A DNA stretch of 64,000 bases from Candidatus Omnitrophota bacterium (GTDB lineage Bacteria > Omnitrophota > Omnitrophia > Omnitrophales > JACROU01): assembly GCA_029261035.1 (NCBI GenBank), contig JAJDCD010000006.1, positions 1,086-65,085 on the forward strand, given 5' to 3'. The position numbers were made by a program, and so were the translations under genes. Below, piece after piece: positions 51,062 to 61,960 of this stretch (within the stretch, counting starts at the first letter, position 1; every line of letters begins with the position of its first letter). The notes beneath the pieces were generated by a model. The model had not been told where the DNA came from and did no database searches. It saw nothing but the letters and a program-made list of their open reading frames with translations.

Positions 51062-51090
51062 TTGAGGCCCATCACCGTGTGTGCTAGAAT
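51062..51090 (+). promoter_or_regulatory. sigma-70-type promoter with extended -10 (TTGAGG, 17-nt spacer, TGcTAGAAT)
   Basis: Lies in the divergent intergenic region upstream of msbA. Confidence 0.5.
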
Positions 51091-51121
51091 CCTTAGCTTA
51101 ACTAGATGATTTTATTATGTT

Positions 51122-51167
51122 TAAACCGTCCTGGAAAGCATATTTTACACGGACGGTTTATTTTTTG
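51122..51167 (+). promoter_or_regulatory. terminator-like hairpin (10-bp stem taaaccgtcc / ggacggttta) followed by TTTTTT in the msbA leader
   Basis: Perfect inverted repeat then a T-run, between the promoter and the ATG at 51177. Candidate attenuator. Confidence 0.45.
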
Positions 51168-51176
51168 GGAAAAATA

Positions 51177-52919
51177 ATGGATTTATATAAAAGACTCATA
51201 GCCTATATTAAGCCCTATAAAGGGAAGTTGATATCCGCAGGATTGTTTACCCTTTTCTATTCGTTAGCAAATAGTTTGGTATCCGTGACCGTGTATGTGG
51301 TTACGAGTGGATTTATTAATAAGAAAACGGTAAGTTTAACCATTCCTAAAACAGACTATACGATAGATTTTACGACCGCTATTATTCCTGTGGTAGTGAT
51401 AGGGGTATTTTTGTTTAGAGGTGTTTTTGACTATTTGTCTAAATTCCTTATGCAGTCGGTGGGGCAACATGCAGTGATGGATGTTCGTAATGAGCTATAC
51501 AGTCATTTAATTCATCAAGACGTAGATTTTTTTAGTAAGGGAAAGACAGGGGACTTTATTTCTAGAATCATGAATGATGTCAGTCGTATCCAAGGAGCTA
51601 TTACAGATGCGATGGTAGATCTTATTCGTCAGCCGATGGTTATTCTATTTAATATTCCGCTGGTTTTTTATTGGGATTATAAATTGGCTTTTATTAGTTT
51701 AATTGTATTTCCGATGGTCGCTTTACCTATTGGGTATTTTGGGAGACGTATTCGATCCAATAGTAAACACATCCAAGAAAAGACTTCAGATGTTACCACT
51801 ATTCTTCAAGAGACTTTTACGGGCATTCGTATTGTTAAAGCATTTAATATGGAGAAAAAAGAAGTTAAAAAATTCGAACGTGTTAATCGTGGGGTGTTGA
51901 GTTATACGCTTAATGTGATTCGGATAACGTTGATTCAGAAACCTATGGTTGAGGTTTTTGGAGCTATAGGAGTTGCTTTTGCTGTTTGGTATGGGTTGAC
52001 GTATTTACCCTTAGATCGTTTTACGGCTTTTGTAGCATCTCTTTTTATTCTATATGAACCACTAAAGAAGGTGAGTAAAATTAATAGTACGATTCAACAG
52101 TCTCTCGCTGCGGGATCTCGTATTTTTGAAATCATTGATCAAAAGCCGAAGATTAAGGATTCAAAAGAAGCAAAGGTTTTTGAAGATGAAGTAACGGAAG
52201 TTGCATTCGAAGATGTTTCTTTCTCATATAAGTCGGATGTTTCTGTTTTAAACAATGTAAATTTAAAAGTACCTTCTGGAGATGTTGTTGCCATAGTGGG
52301 TTCCAGTGGATCAGGGAAGACAACATTGGTGAATTTGTTGCCGCGATACTATGATCCTACCTCAGGACAAATTAAGATTAATGGGCAAGATATTAGAAGC
52401 TTCACTCTAGAGTCCTTAAGATCTCAGATTGGCTATGTGGCTCAAGAAATTATTCTTTTTAATGATTCTGTTCGGGACAATATTTCTTATGGTCGTTCGA
52501 GTGCTTCTTTTGAAGAGATTAAGGAAGCGGCTGAGAAAGCGCATGCTCATGACTTTATTATGGAGTTACCTAACGGGTATGATACGGAGATAGGAGAGAA
52601 GGGTGTTAGTTTGTCAGGAGGACAACGGCAAAGATTGTCTATTGCTCGTGCTATTTTGAAAAACCCACCTATTCTTATTTTTGACGAAGCAACATCTATG
52701 TTAGATACAGAGAGTGAACGTGAAGTCCAGAAGGCAATAGAATACGTAATGAAAGATAGGACTGTATTTGTAATTGCGCATCGACTATCCACAATTAAAA
52801 ACGCTACTAAAATTGTTGTTTTTGAAGAAGGGAAAATTGTAGAGTCCGGTACAAATGAAGAGCTTTTAAATTCAGATGGTACCTATAAGCGTTTGTATGA
52901 TTTGCAATTTCATGTGTAA
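51177..52919 (+). CDS. msbA: lipid A export ABC transporter permease/ATP-binding protein MsbA
   Basis: 6 TM segments plus an ABC domain (GSSGSGKTT, LSGGQRQR, ILIFDEATS). Starts MDLYKRL; an in-frame ATG at 51117 is an alternative. Confidence 0.88.
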   Translation: MDLYKRLIAYIKPYKGKLISAGLFTLFYSLANSLVSVTVYVVTSGFINKKTVSLTIPKTDYTIDFTTAIIPVVVIGVFLFRGVFDYLSKFLMQSVGQHAVMDVRNELYSHLIHQDVDFFSKGKTGDFISRIMNDVSRIQGAITDAMVDLIRQPMVILFNIPLVFYWDYKLAFISLIVFPMVALPIGYFGRRIRSNSKHIQEKTSDVTTILQETFTGIRIVKAFNMEKKEVKKFERVNRGVLSYTLNVIRITLIQKPMVEVFGAIGVAFAVWYGLTYLPLDRFTAFVASLFILYEPLKKVSKINSTIQQSLAAGSRIFEIIDQKPKIKDSKEAKVFEDEVTEVAFEDVSFSYKSDVSVLNNVNLKVPSGDVVAIVGSSGSGKTTLVNLLPRYYDPTSGQIKINGQDIRSFTLESLRSQIGYVAQEIILFNDSVRDNISYGRSSASFEEIKEAAEKAHAHDFIMELPNGYDTEIGEKGVSLSGGQRQRLSIARAILKNPPILIFDEATSMLDTESEREVQKAIEYVMKDRTVFVIAHRLSTIKNATKIVVFEEGKIVESGTNEELLNSDGTYKRLYDLQFHV

Positions 52920-52961
52920 AGAAAGAAAATAGATCTTTATTTTTAAATAAGGAGGAAACAT

Positions 52962-53684
52962 ATGAGAACATCTAATCCAGCACTCAATAGTAAGGCCTTT
53001 CAAAATTTAACATCTACTTCAGATCAGAAAATGACGATTCAAGGGACAATCAATAAGACTGCTTTGTCCTTATTTATCCTTATGGCTTCAGCAGCTTGGG
53101 TTTGGTCTAAAACAACATCAGGGGTGATCCCGCCTGTTGTGTGGCTCGGAGCTTTGGGGGGCTTTGTAGTGGCTATTATTACGGTATTCAAAAAAGAGTG
53201 GGCGCCTATTACGACTCCTATTTATGCCGCTCTAGAAGGATTGTTTTTAGGAGCTATTTCAGCAATATTTGAAATGCAGTTTCCTGGCATTGTGATCCAG
53301 GCTGTAGCGTTGACTTTCGGGACAATGTTTTCGTTACTTTTCATGTATCAAACACGTATCATAAAAGTGACCCAGAATTTTAGAATGGGTGTTTTTGCCG
53401 CAACAGGAGCTATCGCGTTATTTTATATAATGAGTATGGTTCTCGGTTTTTTTGGCATTCGAATTCCTTTTATCCATGAAGGTGGGCTGTTAGGTATTGG
53501 GTTTAGTCTTTTTGTCGTTACTATTGCGGCATTAAACCTTGTTTTGGATTTTGATTTTATTGAGCAAGCTTCTGAGGCAGGAGTTCCTAAGTATATGGAG
53601 TGGTATGGTGCGTTTGGGTTATTGGTTACTCTTGTTTGGTTGTATATTGAAATACTAAGGTTATTAGGGAAGTTGAGAAGGTAG
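52962..53684 (+). CDS. Bax inhibitor-1 / YccA family membrane protein
   Basis: 240 aa with 7 predicted TM segments in a BI-1-like arrangement. Confidence 0.7.
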   Translation: MRTSNPALNSKAFQNLTSTSDQKMTIQGTINKTALSLFILMASAAWVWSKTTSGVIPPVVWLGALGGFVVAIITVFKKEWAPITTPIYAALEGLFLGAISAIFEMQFPGIVIQAVALTFGTMFSLLFMYQTRIIKVTQNFRMGVFAATGAIALFYIMSMVLGFFGIRIPFIHEGGLLGIGFSLFVVTIAALNLVLDFDFIEQASEAGVPKYMEWYGAFGLLVTLVWLYIEILRLLGKLRR

Positions 53685-53758
53685 AAGAGAGTACGTTGTG
53701 GCGGCGAGGATATTATCCTAGCCTTTTACGGTAACCAATTTTAGGTTGTGGAGAGGGG

Positions 53759-53790
53759 TAAGAAAATAGGACATCGAGCCCTATTTTCTT
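53759..53790. repeat. perfect 12-bp inverted repeat (taagaaaatagg / cctattttctta) with a 9-nt loop
   Basis: Seen directly, 75 nt after the stop of the BI-1-like gene. Possible terminator or operator. Confidence 0.4.
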
Positions 53791-53810
53791 ATAAAGTTTT
53801 AAGGTGCTTC

Positions 53811-53839
53811 TTGACAATTCTTCTGCACTTTGTTATGTT
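53811..53839 (+). promoter_or_regulatory. sigma-70-type promoter of the pyr operon (TTGACA, 17-nt spacer, TATGTT)
   Basis: Consensus -35 with 17-nt spacing, ~195 nt upstream of pyrR. Confidence 0.55.
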
Positions 53840-53874
53840 TATGGATACGCATTAGTTAAATTTCCTTTTAAACT

Positions 53875-53891
53875 GGTTCTGTGAAGCCAGG
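53875..53891 (+). promoter_or_regulatory. candidate PyrR-binding loop (GGUUCUGUGAAGCCAGG)
   Basis: Matches 10 of 14 positions of the ARUCCNGNGAGGYU consensus. Lies in the leader between the promoter and the terminator. Confidence 0.3.
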
Positions 53892-53961
53892 AAAGGTGAG
53901 GTAAATGGTACAAAATAAGAGTTTTATACAATATGGTTGTACGGATTTTAGTTTAGGGACG

Positions 53962-53996
53962 CCTGTTTCTCTTTATGAGGGATAGGCCTTTTTTTT
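53962..53996 (+). terminator. intrinsic terminator/attenuator in the pyrR leader
   Basis: 10-11-bp stem with G-U pairs (cctgtttctc / gagggatagg), loop tttat, then a run of 8 T. Ends 37 nt upstream of pyrR. Confidence 0.6.
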
Positions 53997-54033
53997 GTCT
54001 GCTTATAACGAATAACGTAGATTTTGAGGATAA

Positions 54034-54582
54034 TTGATGGAAACGGAAGTTATTAAGAAAATTTTGGATGCTGAGGGGATGGACCGGGTGATTACGCGTA
54101 TTTCTCATGAGATTTTAGAGAAGAGTAAGGGAACTGAGAATCTGGTGATTGTGGGGATCGAAAGAGGTGGGGCTATTCTTGCAGAACGATTTCGCAAGAA
54201 AATTTCTCTAATAGAGAATGTAATTATTCCTAAGGGTTCGATTGATATCACTCTATATCGGGATGATATCGGGGAGGTAGGAACTCAACCTCTTATGAAA
54301 GGGACTCATTTAGAATTTGATATATCAGGTAAGAAAGTTGTTTTGGTGGATGATGTTTTGTTTACAGGAAGAACGGTGCGTTCAGCTTTAGATGCTTTGG
54401 TGGATTTTGGTAGACCTCAATGGGTGCGCTTAGCGGTTCTTTTAGACAGGGGGCATAGAGAGCTTCCTATTCGAGCAGATTATGTGGGTAAAAATATTCC
54501 AACAGCTTTAGAGGAAGAAGTGGTTGTTCACTTTGAAGAAAAAGATGCGATGGATGAAGTTTATGTCGCGAGGAAAAAATAG
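54034..54582 (+). CDS. pyrR: bifunctional pyrimidine operon regulatory protein / uracil phosphoribosyltransferase PyrR
   Basis: 182 aa with PRTase motif [18 protein letters not shown]. Confidence 0.92.
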   Translation: MMETEVIKKILDAEGMDRVITRISHEILEKSKGTENLVIVGIERGGAILAERFRKKISLIENVIIPKGSIDITLYRDDIGEVGTQPLMKGTHLEFDISGKKVVLVDDVLFTGRTVRSALDALVDFGRPQWVRLAVLLDRGHRELPIRADYVGKNIPTALEEEVVVHFEEKDAMDEVYVARKK

Positions 54583-55568
54583 TGTTAGAAGGGAAGACAG
54601 ACGTGGTTGAGGAATTAACACCAAACAAATCAAATACACAGTGGACTAAAAAAGACTTGCTGGGTATAAAAGATTTATCTGCAGAAGAAATTGAGTTGGT
54701 TTTAGACACAGCAGCTTCATTGAGACAGGTCTCTGAGAGAAGCATTAAGAAAGTACCTACTCTTCGTGGCCGGACGGTTGTTAACTTTTTTATTGAGCCG
54801 AGTACACGAACTCGAGCATCCTTTGAGTTAGCTGAGAAACGGTTGAGTGCAGACACTTTAAATTTCTCTGGAGGTTCGAGTAGTTTAGTTAAAGGGGAAA
54901 CGCTTAAAGATACGGCTAAAACAGTAGAAGCTTTACAAGTGGATTTGATTGTCATTCGGCATCCTTCTTCAGGAGCACCTCATCGTTTAAGTGAATATGT
55001 AAAACCTGGAATTATTAATGCGGGTGATGGAATTAATGAGCATCCAACACAAGCTTTGTTAGATATGTATACACTGAGAGAGAAGAAGGGAAGACTTAAA
55101 GGTTTAAAGGTTTGTTTTATTGGAGATATTCTTCATAGCCGTGTGGCTCGTTCCAATATTTGGGGACTGACTAAGATGGGTGCTAAGGTGATGGTGGCGG
55201 GGCCAAAAATGTTGATTCCTAAGGAGATTGAAAAAATGGGAGTCGAAGTCAGTTACGATGTCAAAAAAGCAGTTAAGGATGCGGATGCTATTAATTTACT
55301 TCGGATTCAATTAGAGCGCCAGAATGAACCGTTCTTTCCATCATTAAGAGAATATGCTCGATACTATGGTTTGAATTCGGATGTGATGAAAAATGCTAAG
55401 GAAGATGCGTTGATTATGCATCCAGGACCAACGAACAGAGGAATCGAGTTGTCTTCAGAAGTTGCTGAAAGTAGCGGTTCTGTAATTTTAGAACAAGTAA
55501 CGAATGGTTTAGCTGTTCGTATGGCTGTTTTGTATTTGCTAAGTATGTATAAGCCGGAAAATAAATAG
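54582..55568 (+). CDS. pyrB: aspartate carbamoyltransferase catalytic subunit (GTG start overlapping pyrR stop)
   Basis: STRTR and HPGP... motifs. 328 aa. Confidence 0.93.
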   Translation: MLEGKTDVVEELTPNKSNTQWTKKDLLGIKDLSAEEIELVLDTAASLRQVSERSIKKVPTLRGRTVVNFFIEPSTRTRASFELAEKRLSADTLNFSGGSSSLVKGETLKDTAKTVEALQVDLIVIRHPSSGAPHRLSEYVKPGIINAGDGINEHPTQALLDMYTLREKKGRLKGLKVCFIGDILHSRVARSNIWGLTKMGAKVMVAGPKMLIPKEIEKMGVEVSYDVKKAVKDADAINLLRIQLERQNEPFFPSLREYARYYGLNSDVMKNAKEDALIMHPGPTNRGIELSSEVAESSGSVILEQVTNGLAVRMAVLYLLSMYKPENK

Positions 55569-55581
55569 GTTGGAGTAAAAA

Positions 55582-56874
55582 ATGTCTATCTTAATAAAAA
55601 ATGCACATGCTTTTGATCCTCGAAATAATGTGGATGATATTTTGGATGTTGTTATTGATCGAGGTAAGGTGAAGCAAATAGGAAAGTCTTTAGATGTCTC
55701 TTGTGATGAAACTATAGATGCAACAGGTAAGTATTTATTGCCGGGTTTTGTGGATTTGCATGTGCACTTTAGAGAGCCTGGGGATGAATACAAAGAAACG
55801 ATTAAAACAGGAGCTATGGCAGCTCTTCGTGGAGGGATTGTGGGTGCTGTAGCGATGCCTAACACAAGTCCTGCTACGGATAGTCAAGCTATTGTCGAAT
55901 TTGTTTTAAAGCGTGCATCAGAAGCTAATTTTAACATTTTCCCTTGCGGAACCTTGTCAAAAGGGCGGGCTGGAAAAGATATTTCGGAAATGTCCGAGTT
56001 GAAAGAAGCGGGTTGTGTTGCTGTTAGTGATGATGGAAGCTATCTCAGCAATCCATTAGTTGCCCGACGGGCATTTGAATACGCTTCTTCTTTAGGGTTG
56101 ATTGTCATGAGTCATGCGGAAATTCCACAGCTTACCGTTGGTGGAGTTATGAATGAAGGTGAGACTTCTACACGTCTGGGGCTGAAAGGAAGTCCGGATA
56201 TTGCAGAGTCCATGGCTGTTGCTTGTGATATTGAGCTAGCTAAATTGACAGGAGCGCACATTCATATCTGCCATATTTCTACAAAGAAAGCTTTAGAGAA
56301 TTTAGTGAGAGCAAGAGAGCAAGGTGTTCACGCAACTTGCGAAGTAACGCCACATCATTTTGCTTTGACGGATACAAGAATTAAAAACTATGAGACTAAC
56401 TTGAAGATGAATCCACCCTTAAGAACAGATGAAGATAAACTGTTTATGATTGAAGGACTAAAAAAAGGGTATATCGATTGTATTGCAACAGATCATGCGC
56501 CACACTCTGAAGAAGAGAAAGATCGTGAATTTGAAAAAGCACCTGTGGGTGTTATTGGATTAGAAACGTCGTTTCCTGTAACAATGACAGAGCTCTATCA
56601 CAAAGAGAAAATGTCTTTAGATCTAATCTTAGAAAAACTATCTTTAAATCCAACAAAGATGTTGGGGCTTCTAGATTTTAATGAAATTAAAGAGGGAAGT
56701 AAGGCGAACTTTGCACTTGTTGATTTAGATGAAAAGTGGGTGGTTGCCGAAGACTTATTTTATTCTAAGTCGAGAAACTCGAGCTTTCTTGGCAAAGAAG
56801 TGCAAGGAAATGTTGTTGCAACGGTATGTAATGGAAAATTATATCAATGGGCTAAAGAGTTGGTCAAAGAATAG
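55582..56874 (+). CDS. pyrC: dihydroorotase
   Basis: 430 aa. Metal-ligand motif DLHVHFREPG and D..H motifs. Confidence 0.92.
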   Translation: MSILIKNAHAFDPRNNVDDILDVVIDRGKVKQIGKSLDVSCDETIDATGKYLLPGFVDLHVHFREPGDEYKETIKTGAMAALRGGIVGAVAMPNTSPATDSQAIVEFVLKRASEANFNIFPCGTLSKGRAGKDISEMSELKEAGCVAVSDDGSYLSNPLVARRAFEYASSLGLIVMSHAEIPQLTVGGVMNEGETSTRLGLKGSPDIAESMAVACDIELAKLTGAHIHICHISTKKALENLVRAREQGVHATCEVTPHHFALTDTRIKNYETNLKMNPPLRTDEDKLFMIEGLKKGYIDCIATDHAPHSEEEKDREFEKAPVGVIGLETSFPVTMTELYHKEKMSLDLILEKLSLNPTKMLGLLDFNEIKEGSKANFALVDLDEKWVVAEDLFYSKSRNSSFLGKEVQGNVVATVCNGKLYQWAKELVKE

Positions 56875-56938
56875 AAATTGGTAGTTTTGATCAAATTTTA
56901 GAAATCACTGTTTGAAAATGATTAGAAAGGGTCTTGTA

Positions 56939-58084
56939 ATGAAACGAGCAATGTTAGTACTTGAAGATGGGTTGGTTTTTGAAGGAGAATCCTTTGGTGC
57001 TGAAGGGGAAGTCTTTGGGGAAGTTGTTTTTAACACTTCGATGGTAGGTTACCAAGAAATTTTAACGGACCCTTCTTACAAGCGTCAAATTGTTGTGATG
57101 ACTTATCCTTTGATTGGAAACTATGGAGTTAATTATGATGATGTGGAGTCTTCTATTCCTCAGGTTGAGGGTTTTGTGATTAAAGAGCTTAGCCCTGTGG
57201 TTAGTAATTATCGCTCTAAACAATCGTTAGGGGAGTATTTGTATGACAATGCTGTCCCTGGAATTCAAGGAATTGACACTCGGAAATTAGTAACCCATTT
57301 AAGAGATAATGGGGTTAAGCGAGGGGTTATATCAACCATAGATTTAGATGCGGATAGTTTATTGCAAAAAGTTATTAACTCGCCTGAAATGACAGGGAGA
57401 GATTTGGTTAAAGAAGTTACAACATTTGAGTCTTATCAGTTTGATGAGACCTTGCTGCCGGAATTTACCTGGCCTCTTCTAGAGCTGAAAAAAAGAGAGG
57501 TTTTTAATATTGTTTGTATCGACTCTGGGATAAAGAGAAATATCTTAAGAAAATTAAACCAACATGGTTTTAAAGTTACTGTAGTTTCTGCAACAGATAC
57601 TTACGAAGATATTATGTCTAAAAATCCAGATGGTGTGTTTCTATCAAATGGTCCAGGGGACCCAGCTGCTTGTGATTACCTTGTTGAAACGGTTAAGCAA
57701 CTTATAGGAAAAGTTCCGATTTTTGGTATTTGTTTAGGGCATCAAATACTTGCTTTGGCTTTAGGGGGGCAAACTTACAAACTGAAATTTGGTCATCGGG
57801 GAGCAAATCATCCTGTCATGGATTTAGAAACAAGAAAAGTTGAAATCACTGCTCAAAATCATGGTTTTTGTGTGGATGTTGATTCTCTTGATAGCAAAGA
57901 TATCGAAGTGACGCATATTAATTTGAATGACAAAACTTGTGAGGGTTTTCGACATAAACGACACCCTCTTTTTTCGGTTCAATATCACCCAGAAAGTTCT
58001 CCAGGACCTCACGATAGTGATTATTTATTTGAACGTTTTCATCAACTGATTAAAAACAATCAAGCATCAGGACAAAAAGTTTAA
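56939..58084 (+). CDS. carA: carbamoyl-phosphate synthase small (glutaminase) subunit
   Basis: Begins MKRAMLVLEDG. GATase triad (GICLGHQ...H.E). Alternative upstream starts at 56912 (TTG) and 56918 (ATG). Confidence 0.92.
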   Translation: MKRAMLVLEDGLVFEGESFGAEGEVFGEVVFNTSMVGYQEILTDPSYKRQIVVMTYPLIGNYGVNYDDVESSIPQVEGFVIKELSPVVSNYRSKQSLGEYLYDNAVPGIQGIDTRKLVTHLRDNGVKRGVISTIDLDADSLLQKVINSPEMTGRDLVKEVTTFESYQFDETLLPEFTWPLLELKKREVFNIVCIDSGIKRNILRKLNQHGFKVTVVSATDTYEDIMSKNPDGVFLSNGPGDPAACDYLVETVKQLIGKVPIFGICLGHQILALALGGQTYKLKFGHRGANHPVMDLETRKVEITAQNHGFCVDVDSLDSKDIEVTHINLNDKTCEGFRHKRHPLFSVQYHPESSPGPHDSDYLFERFHQLIKNNQASGQKV

Positions 58085-58126
58085 TTTCTATCTGATAGCT
58101 GTAAGCTTTAATAAAGGATATGACCA

Positions 58127-61100
58127 ATGCCTAAAAGAACAGACATAAAAAAAATACTTATTATTGGGTCGGGCCCCATTATTATTGGGCAAGGTTGCGA
58201 ATTTGATTATTCGGGGACGCAAGCTTGTAAGGCTTTGAAGGAAGATGGTTATGAAATTGTTTTGATTAATTCAAACCCTGCAACGATTATGACTGATCCA
58301 AATATTGCGGATCAAACCTATATAGAGCCTGTGACTGTTGAATTTTTAGAGAAAGTGATCGAAAAAGAACGTCCTCAAGCTTGTTTGCCTACGATGGGTG
58401 GTCAAACGGGTTTAAACATTGCCATTGAAGCATGTGATAAAGGGATTTTTGAAAAGTATGGCGTAGAACTTATTGGTGCTGATTATAACGCGATCAAAAA
58501 GGCGGAGAATCGAGAAGAATTTAAAGCCGCTATGAAGAAAATTGGTCTTGATTTGCCTCAAAGTGATTTTGCATACACGGTTGAAGAAGCCGAGGCTGTT
58601 GCGGACAAACTTGGTTATCCAATTGTGGTGAGGCCTAGTTTTACATTAGCGGGTTCTGGAAGTGGTATTTGTTTTAATCGGGATGAGCTGCTTAAAGTAG
58701 CGCGTCTCGGTTTGGAATACAGTATAACCACAGAAGTTTTAATTGAAGAATCGGTTATTGGTTGGAAAGAGTATGAGTTTGAAGTAATGCGGGACACGAA
58801 AGATAATGTGGTGATTATTTGTTCTATTGAAAATTTAGATCCAATGGGAGTGCATACAGGGGATTCTATAACGGTGGCACCTGCGCAGACTTTAACGGAT
58901 AAAGAGTATCAAAGAATGAGGGATGCTTCTCTTGCTGTTATCCGAGAAATTGGGGTAGATACTGGAGGGTCAAATGTTCAGTTTGCTGTAAATCCTAAAG
59001 ATGGACGTATGGTGGTAATTGAGATGAATCCGAGAGTCTCTCGTTCAAGTGCATTAGCGTCAAAGGCTACAGGATTTCCAATTGCTAAGTTTGCTGCCAA
59101 GCTAGCTGTGGGATATTCACTGGATGAAATTTCTAATGACATTACTCGTTATACTCCAGCTTCTTTTGAACCATCCATTGATTACTGCGTTGTTAAAATT
59201 CCGAGATTTGCTTTTGAGAAATTTGAGGGAGTGGATGATACTCTTTCGACCCAAATGAAATCTGTAGGAGAAGCGATGTCCATAGGGAGGACATTTAAAG
59301 AGGCCTTTCAAAAAGGATTGCGCAGTTTGGAAATTAAACGTTTTGGGTTTGGAGGTGACGGTTATGATGAATTCTTTGGTGAAAAGCTTAATACAAAAGA
59401 AAAGTTAGTTCAATTTATTCAGAAAGCTAAAACCGATGAACATATTAAAGAAAAGATAATGCATTATATTTCTAAGCCAAAGGCAGATAGGCTTTTTTAT
59501 TTGAAGTTTGCTTTTTATGCGGGTTTTACTTCAGAAGAAATAAATAAAGTTTGTTTTATAGATCTGTGGTTTTTAGAGAATATGCGTCAGATTGTTGATT
59601 TGGAAATGGAATTACTTCATATTTCTGAAACGAAGCATGATTCAAGTTCTAGAGTTGTTTTGGGAAATCAAAGTGCTCTAAAAAATATAGATCTCTACTT
59701 ATTGCGAAAAGCGAAACAGTATGGGTTTTCTGATAAACAATTAGCCTTTTATTTTGATACAACAGAATCAAAAGTAAGAAAGTTTCGCGAAAAAAGCAAT
59801 GTAACACCCGTATATAAGCTTGTGGATACTTGTGCTGCTGAATTTAAAGCATATACACCTTATTTTTACTCAACGTATGAAGATGAACATGATGTAACAC
59901 CGACACAGAACAAGAAAATTATGATTCTGGGTGGAGGGCCGAACCGTATTGGTCAGGGTATTGAATTTGACTATTGTTGTGTTCAAGCAGCGTTTGCTTT
60001 TAAAGAAATGGGTTTTGAAACAATTATGGTGAACTCGAACCCAGAAACTGTGAGTACCGATTATGATACATCAGACAAACTTTATTTCGAGCCATTAACC
60101 TTTGAGGATGTTCTTAATATTGTGCAGTTTGAAAAACCTCTGGGTGTGATCGTTCAATTAGGAGGTCAGACACCTTTAAATATCAGCAATGAACTAGAAA
60201 AAAATGGAGTTAAGATTCTAGGAACTTCGGTAGCCTCTATTGATATGGCTGAAGATAGAAATAAGTTTAAGAAGTTACTCCATCGCATTAATTTAAAACA
60301 GCCAGCAAATGATATTGTGTATACAGAAAAGGAGGCAATAAGAGCAGCCAATGAAATTGGATATCCCGTAGTTGTCCGACCTTCCTATGTTTTGGGTGGG
60401 CGAGCTATGGAAATTGCTTATGATGAAGACTTCTTGGTAAAGTATATGAAAACAGCCGTAAGTTTGAGTGATGAGCAACCTGTTTTAATTGATAAGTTTT
60501 TAGAAAATGCTTCTGAGGTTGATGTGGATATGATAGCTGATGGAACTATAGGTGTTGTTGGCGGAATTATGGAGCACGTTGAAGAGGCTGGGATTCATTC
60601 TGGGGACAGTGCTTGTGTGATTCCTCCTTACTCTTTATCTCCAGCCATTAAAAGTGAATTGAGAGATAAGACAGAGCAGTTAGCAAAAGAACTTAAAGTT
60701 AAAGGGTTGATGAATGTTCAGTATGCCATTCAGAATGATGATATCTATTGTTTAGAAGTAAACCCTCGCGCGAGCCGAACTATTCCTTTTGTAAGTAAAG
60801 CAATAGGGGTTCCTCTTGCTAAATTGGCAGCAAAAGTTATGGCGGGAGCAAAACTTAAGGAGCTAGGTTTTGAAGAGCAAGTTCATCCAAAACATTTTTC
60901 TGTGAAAGAATCTGTGTTTCCATTTATTAAGTTTCCAGGGGTTGATATTATTTTGTCTCCAGAAATGAAGTCGACGGGAGAAGTGATGGGGATTGATGAA
61001 GATTTTGGAAGCGCATTTTACAAATCACAGGATGCGGCTTCTGCTCAGTTGCCATCCAGCGGAACCGTATTTGTCAGTGTGAAGGACTCGGATAAATCTC

Positions 61101-61486
61101 GTATTCTACCGATTGCAAAAAGACTTCATGAAATGGGTTTTAATATTATTTCTACTAAAGGAACAGCGTCCTTTTTATCCGAAGCGAATGTGCCTGTAGA
61201 ACCTGTTTTGAAGATAGCAGAAGGGCGACCTAATATTGCGGATTTTATTAGAAACAGTACAGTTAATTTAATTATTAATACACCGAATGGAAAAGGTCCT
61301 ATGTTGGACGAGGCTAAAATTCGTTCTTTGGCTGTTTCTTTTCAGGTGCCTTGTATTACAACAGTTCAAGCTGCAGAATGTGCTGTTATGGGAATTAAAG
61401 CAAAGCAAGAAAAGGGATTTAAAGTACAGAGTTTGCAAGAGTATCATTTGAATAAGAACGCTGAAAAGGCGTCTATTTCCTTATAA
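58127..61486 (+). CDS. carB: carbamoyl-phosphate synthase large subunit
   Basis: 1119 aa with duplicated ATP-grasp halves and an MGS-like C-terminal domain. Confidence 0.96.
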   Translation: MPKRTDIKKILIIGSGPIIIGQGCEFDYSGTQACKALKEDGYEIVLINSNPATIMTDPNIADQTYIEPVTVEFLEKVIEKERPQACLPTMGGQTGLNIAIEACDKGIFEKYGVELIGADYNAIKKAENREEFKAAMKKIGLDLPQSDFAYTVEEAEAVADKLGYPIVVRPSFTLAGSGSGICFNRDELLKVARLGLEYSITTEVLIEESVIGWKEYEFEVMRDTKDNVVIICSIENLDPMGVHTGDSITVAPAQTLTDKEYQRMRDASLAVIREIGVDTGGSNVQFAVNPKDGRMVVIEMNPRVSRSSALASKATGFPIAKFAAKLAVGYSLDEISNDITRYTPASFEPSIDYCVVKIPRFAFEKFEGVDDTLSTQMKSVGEAMSIGRTFKEAFQKGLRSLEIKRFGFGGDGYDEFFGEKLNTKEKLVQFIQKAKTDEHIKEKIMHYISKPKADRLFYLKFAFYAGFTSEEINKVCFIDLWFLENMRQIVDLEMELLHISETKHDSSSRVVLGNQSALKNIDLYLLRKAKQYGFSDKQLAFYFDTTESKVRKFREKSNVTPVYKLVDTCAAEFKAYTPYFYSTYEDEHDVTPTQNKKIMILGGGPNRIGQGIEFDYCCVQAAFAFKEMGFETIMVNSNPETVSTDYDTSDKLYFEPLTFEDVLNIVQFEKPLGVIVQLGGQTPLNISNELEKNGVKILGTSVASIDMAEDRNKFKKLLHRINLKQPANDIVYTEKEAIRAANEIGYPVVVRPSYVLGGRAMEIAYDEDFLVKYMKTAVSLSDEQPVLIDKFLENASEVDVDMIADGTIGVVGGIMEHVEEAGIHSGDSACVIPPYSLSPAIKSELRDKTEQLAKELKVKGLMNVQYAIQNDDIYCLEVNPRASRTIPFVSKAIGVPLAKLAAKVMAGAKLKELGFEEQVHPKHFSVKESVFPFIKFPGVDIILSPEMKSTGEVMGIDEDFGSAFYKSQDAASAQLPSSGTVFVSVKDSDKSRILPIAKRLHEMGFNIISTKGTASFLSEANVPVEPVLKIAEGRPNIADFIRNSTVNLIINTPNGKGPMLDEAKIRSLAVSFQVPCITTVQAAECAVMGIKAKQEKGFKVQSLQEYHLNKNAEKASISL

Positions 61487-61570
61487 GTACTATAGATATA
61501 AAGAGCTGTTTGTAATTTAGGTAAAGTATGGTAGTCTTCCTAAATCTTTTCTATAGAGGGGTGAGAATTA

Positions 61571-61936
61571 ATGAAACTAGTAGATGATTTTAATACATTT
61601 TGGCCTAAGTACATAGTAGAGCATCAGGATAAAAATAATAGAAGAATGCATTTTGTTGCTTCTTTATTAGGGCTCTCTCTGGCTATTGTCTTTTTGCTGA
61701 CAATGAAGATCAGTATCGCATTATTGGCTCTTGTGCTTTCTTATGGATTTGCATGGGCTGGGCATTTTATATTTGAGAAAAACAAGCCGCTCACTTGGAA
61801 AAACCCCTTACTTTCTTTAATGGCAGACTATCGTTTGTTCTTTGTTATGATCGTGGGAGATTTTAATGAGGAGCTGAATAAGTTTAAAGTTGTAGAAACG
61901 GTAGAAGAAAAAGAAGAAGAACTCGTCGAAGTTTAA
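61571..61936 (+). CDS. DUF962 / Mpo1-like small membrane protein
   Basis: 121 aa, 2-3 predicted TM segments, N-terminus FNTFWPKYIVEHQDKNNRRMHF typical of DUF962. Sits inside the pyr operon. Confidence 0.5.
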   Translation: MKLVDDFNTFWPKYIVEHQDKNNRRMHFVASLLGLSLAIVFLLTMKISIALLALVLSYGFAWAGHFIFEKNKPLTWKNPLLSLMADYRLFFVMIVGDFNEELNKFKVVETVEEKEEELVEV

Positions 61937-61960
61937 TCCTTACAAAAAACAAGGGAAGCA

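Noticed and set aside
46754-54033. Search for sigma-54 promoters (TGGCAC-N5-TTGC) near the enhancer-binding protein, lpxB, msbA and the pyr leader
   Set aside because: No convincing match was found by eye in these intergenic regions. TGGC-containing sites at 20929 and 53699 lack the -12 TTGC element.
56912-56938. Upstream TTG/ATG starts for carA
   Set aside because: The conserved CarA N-terminus MKRAMLVLEDG begins at 56939 after an AAGGG SD.
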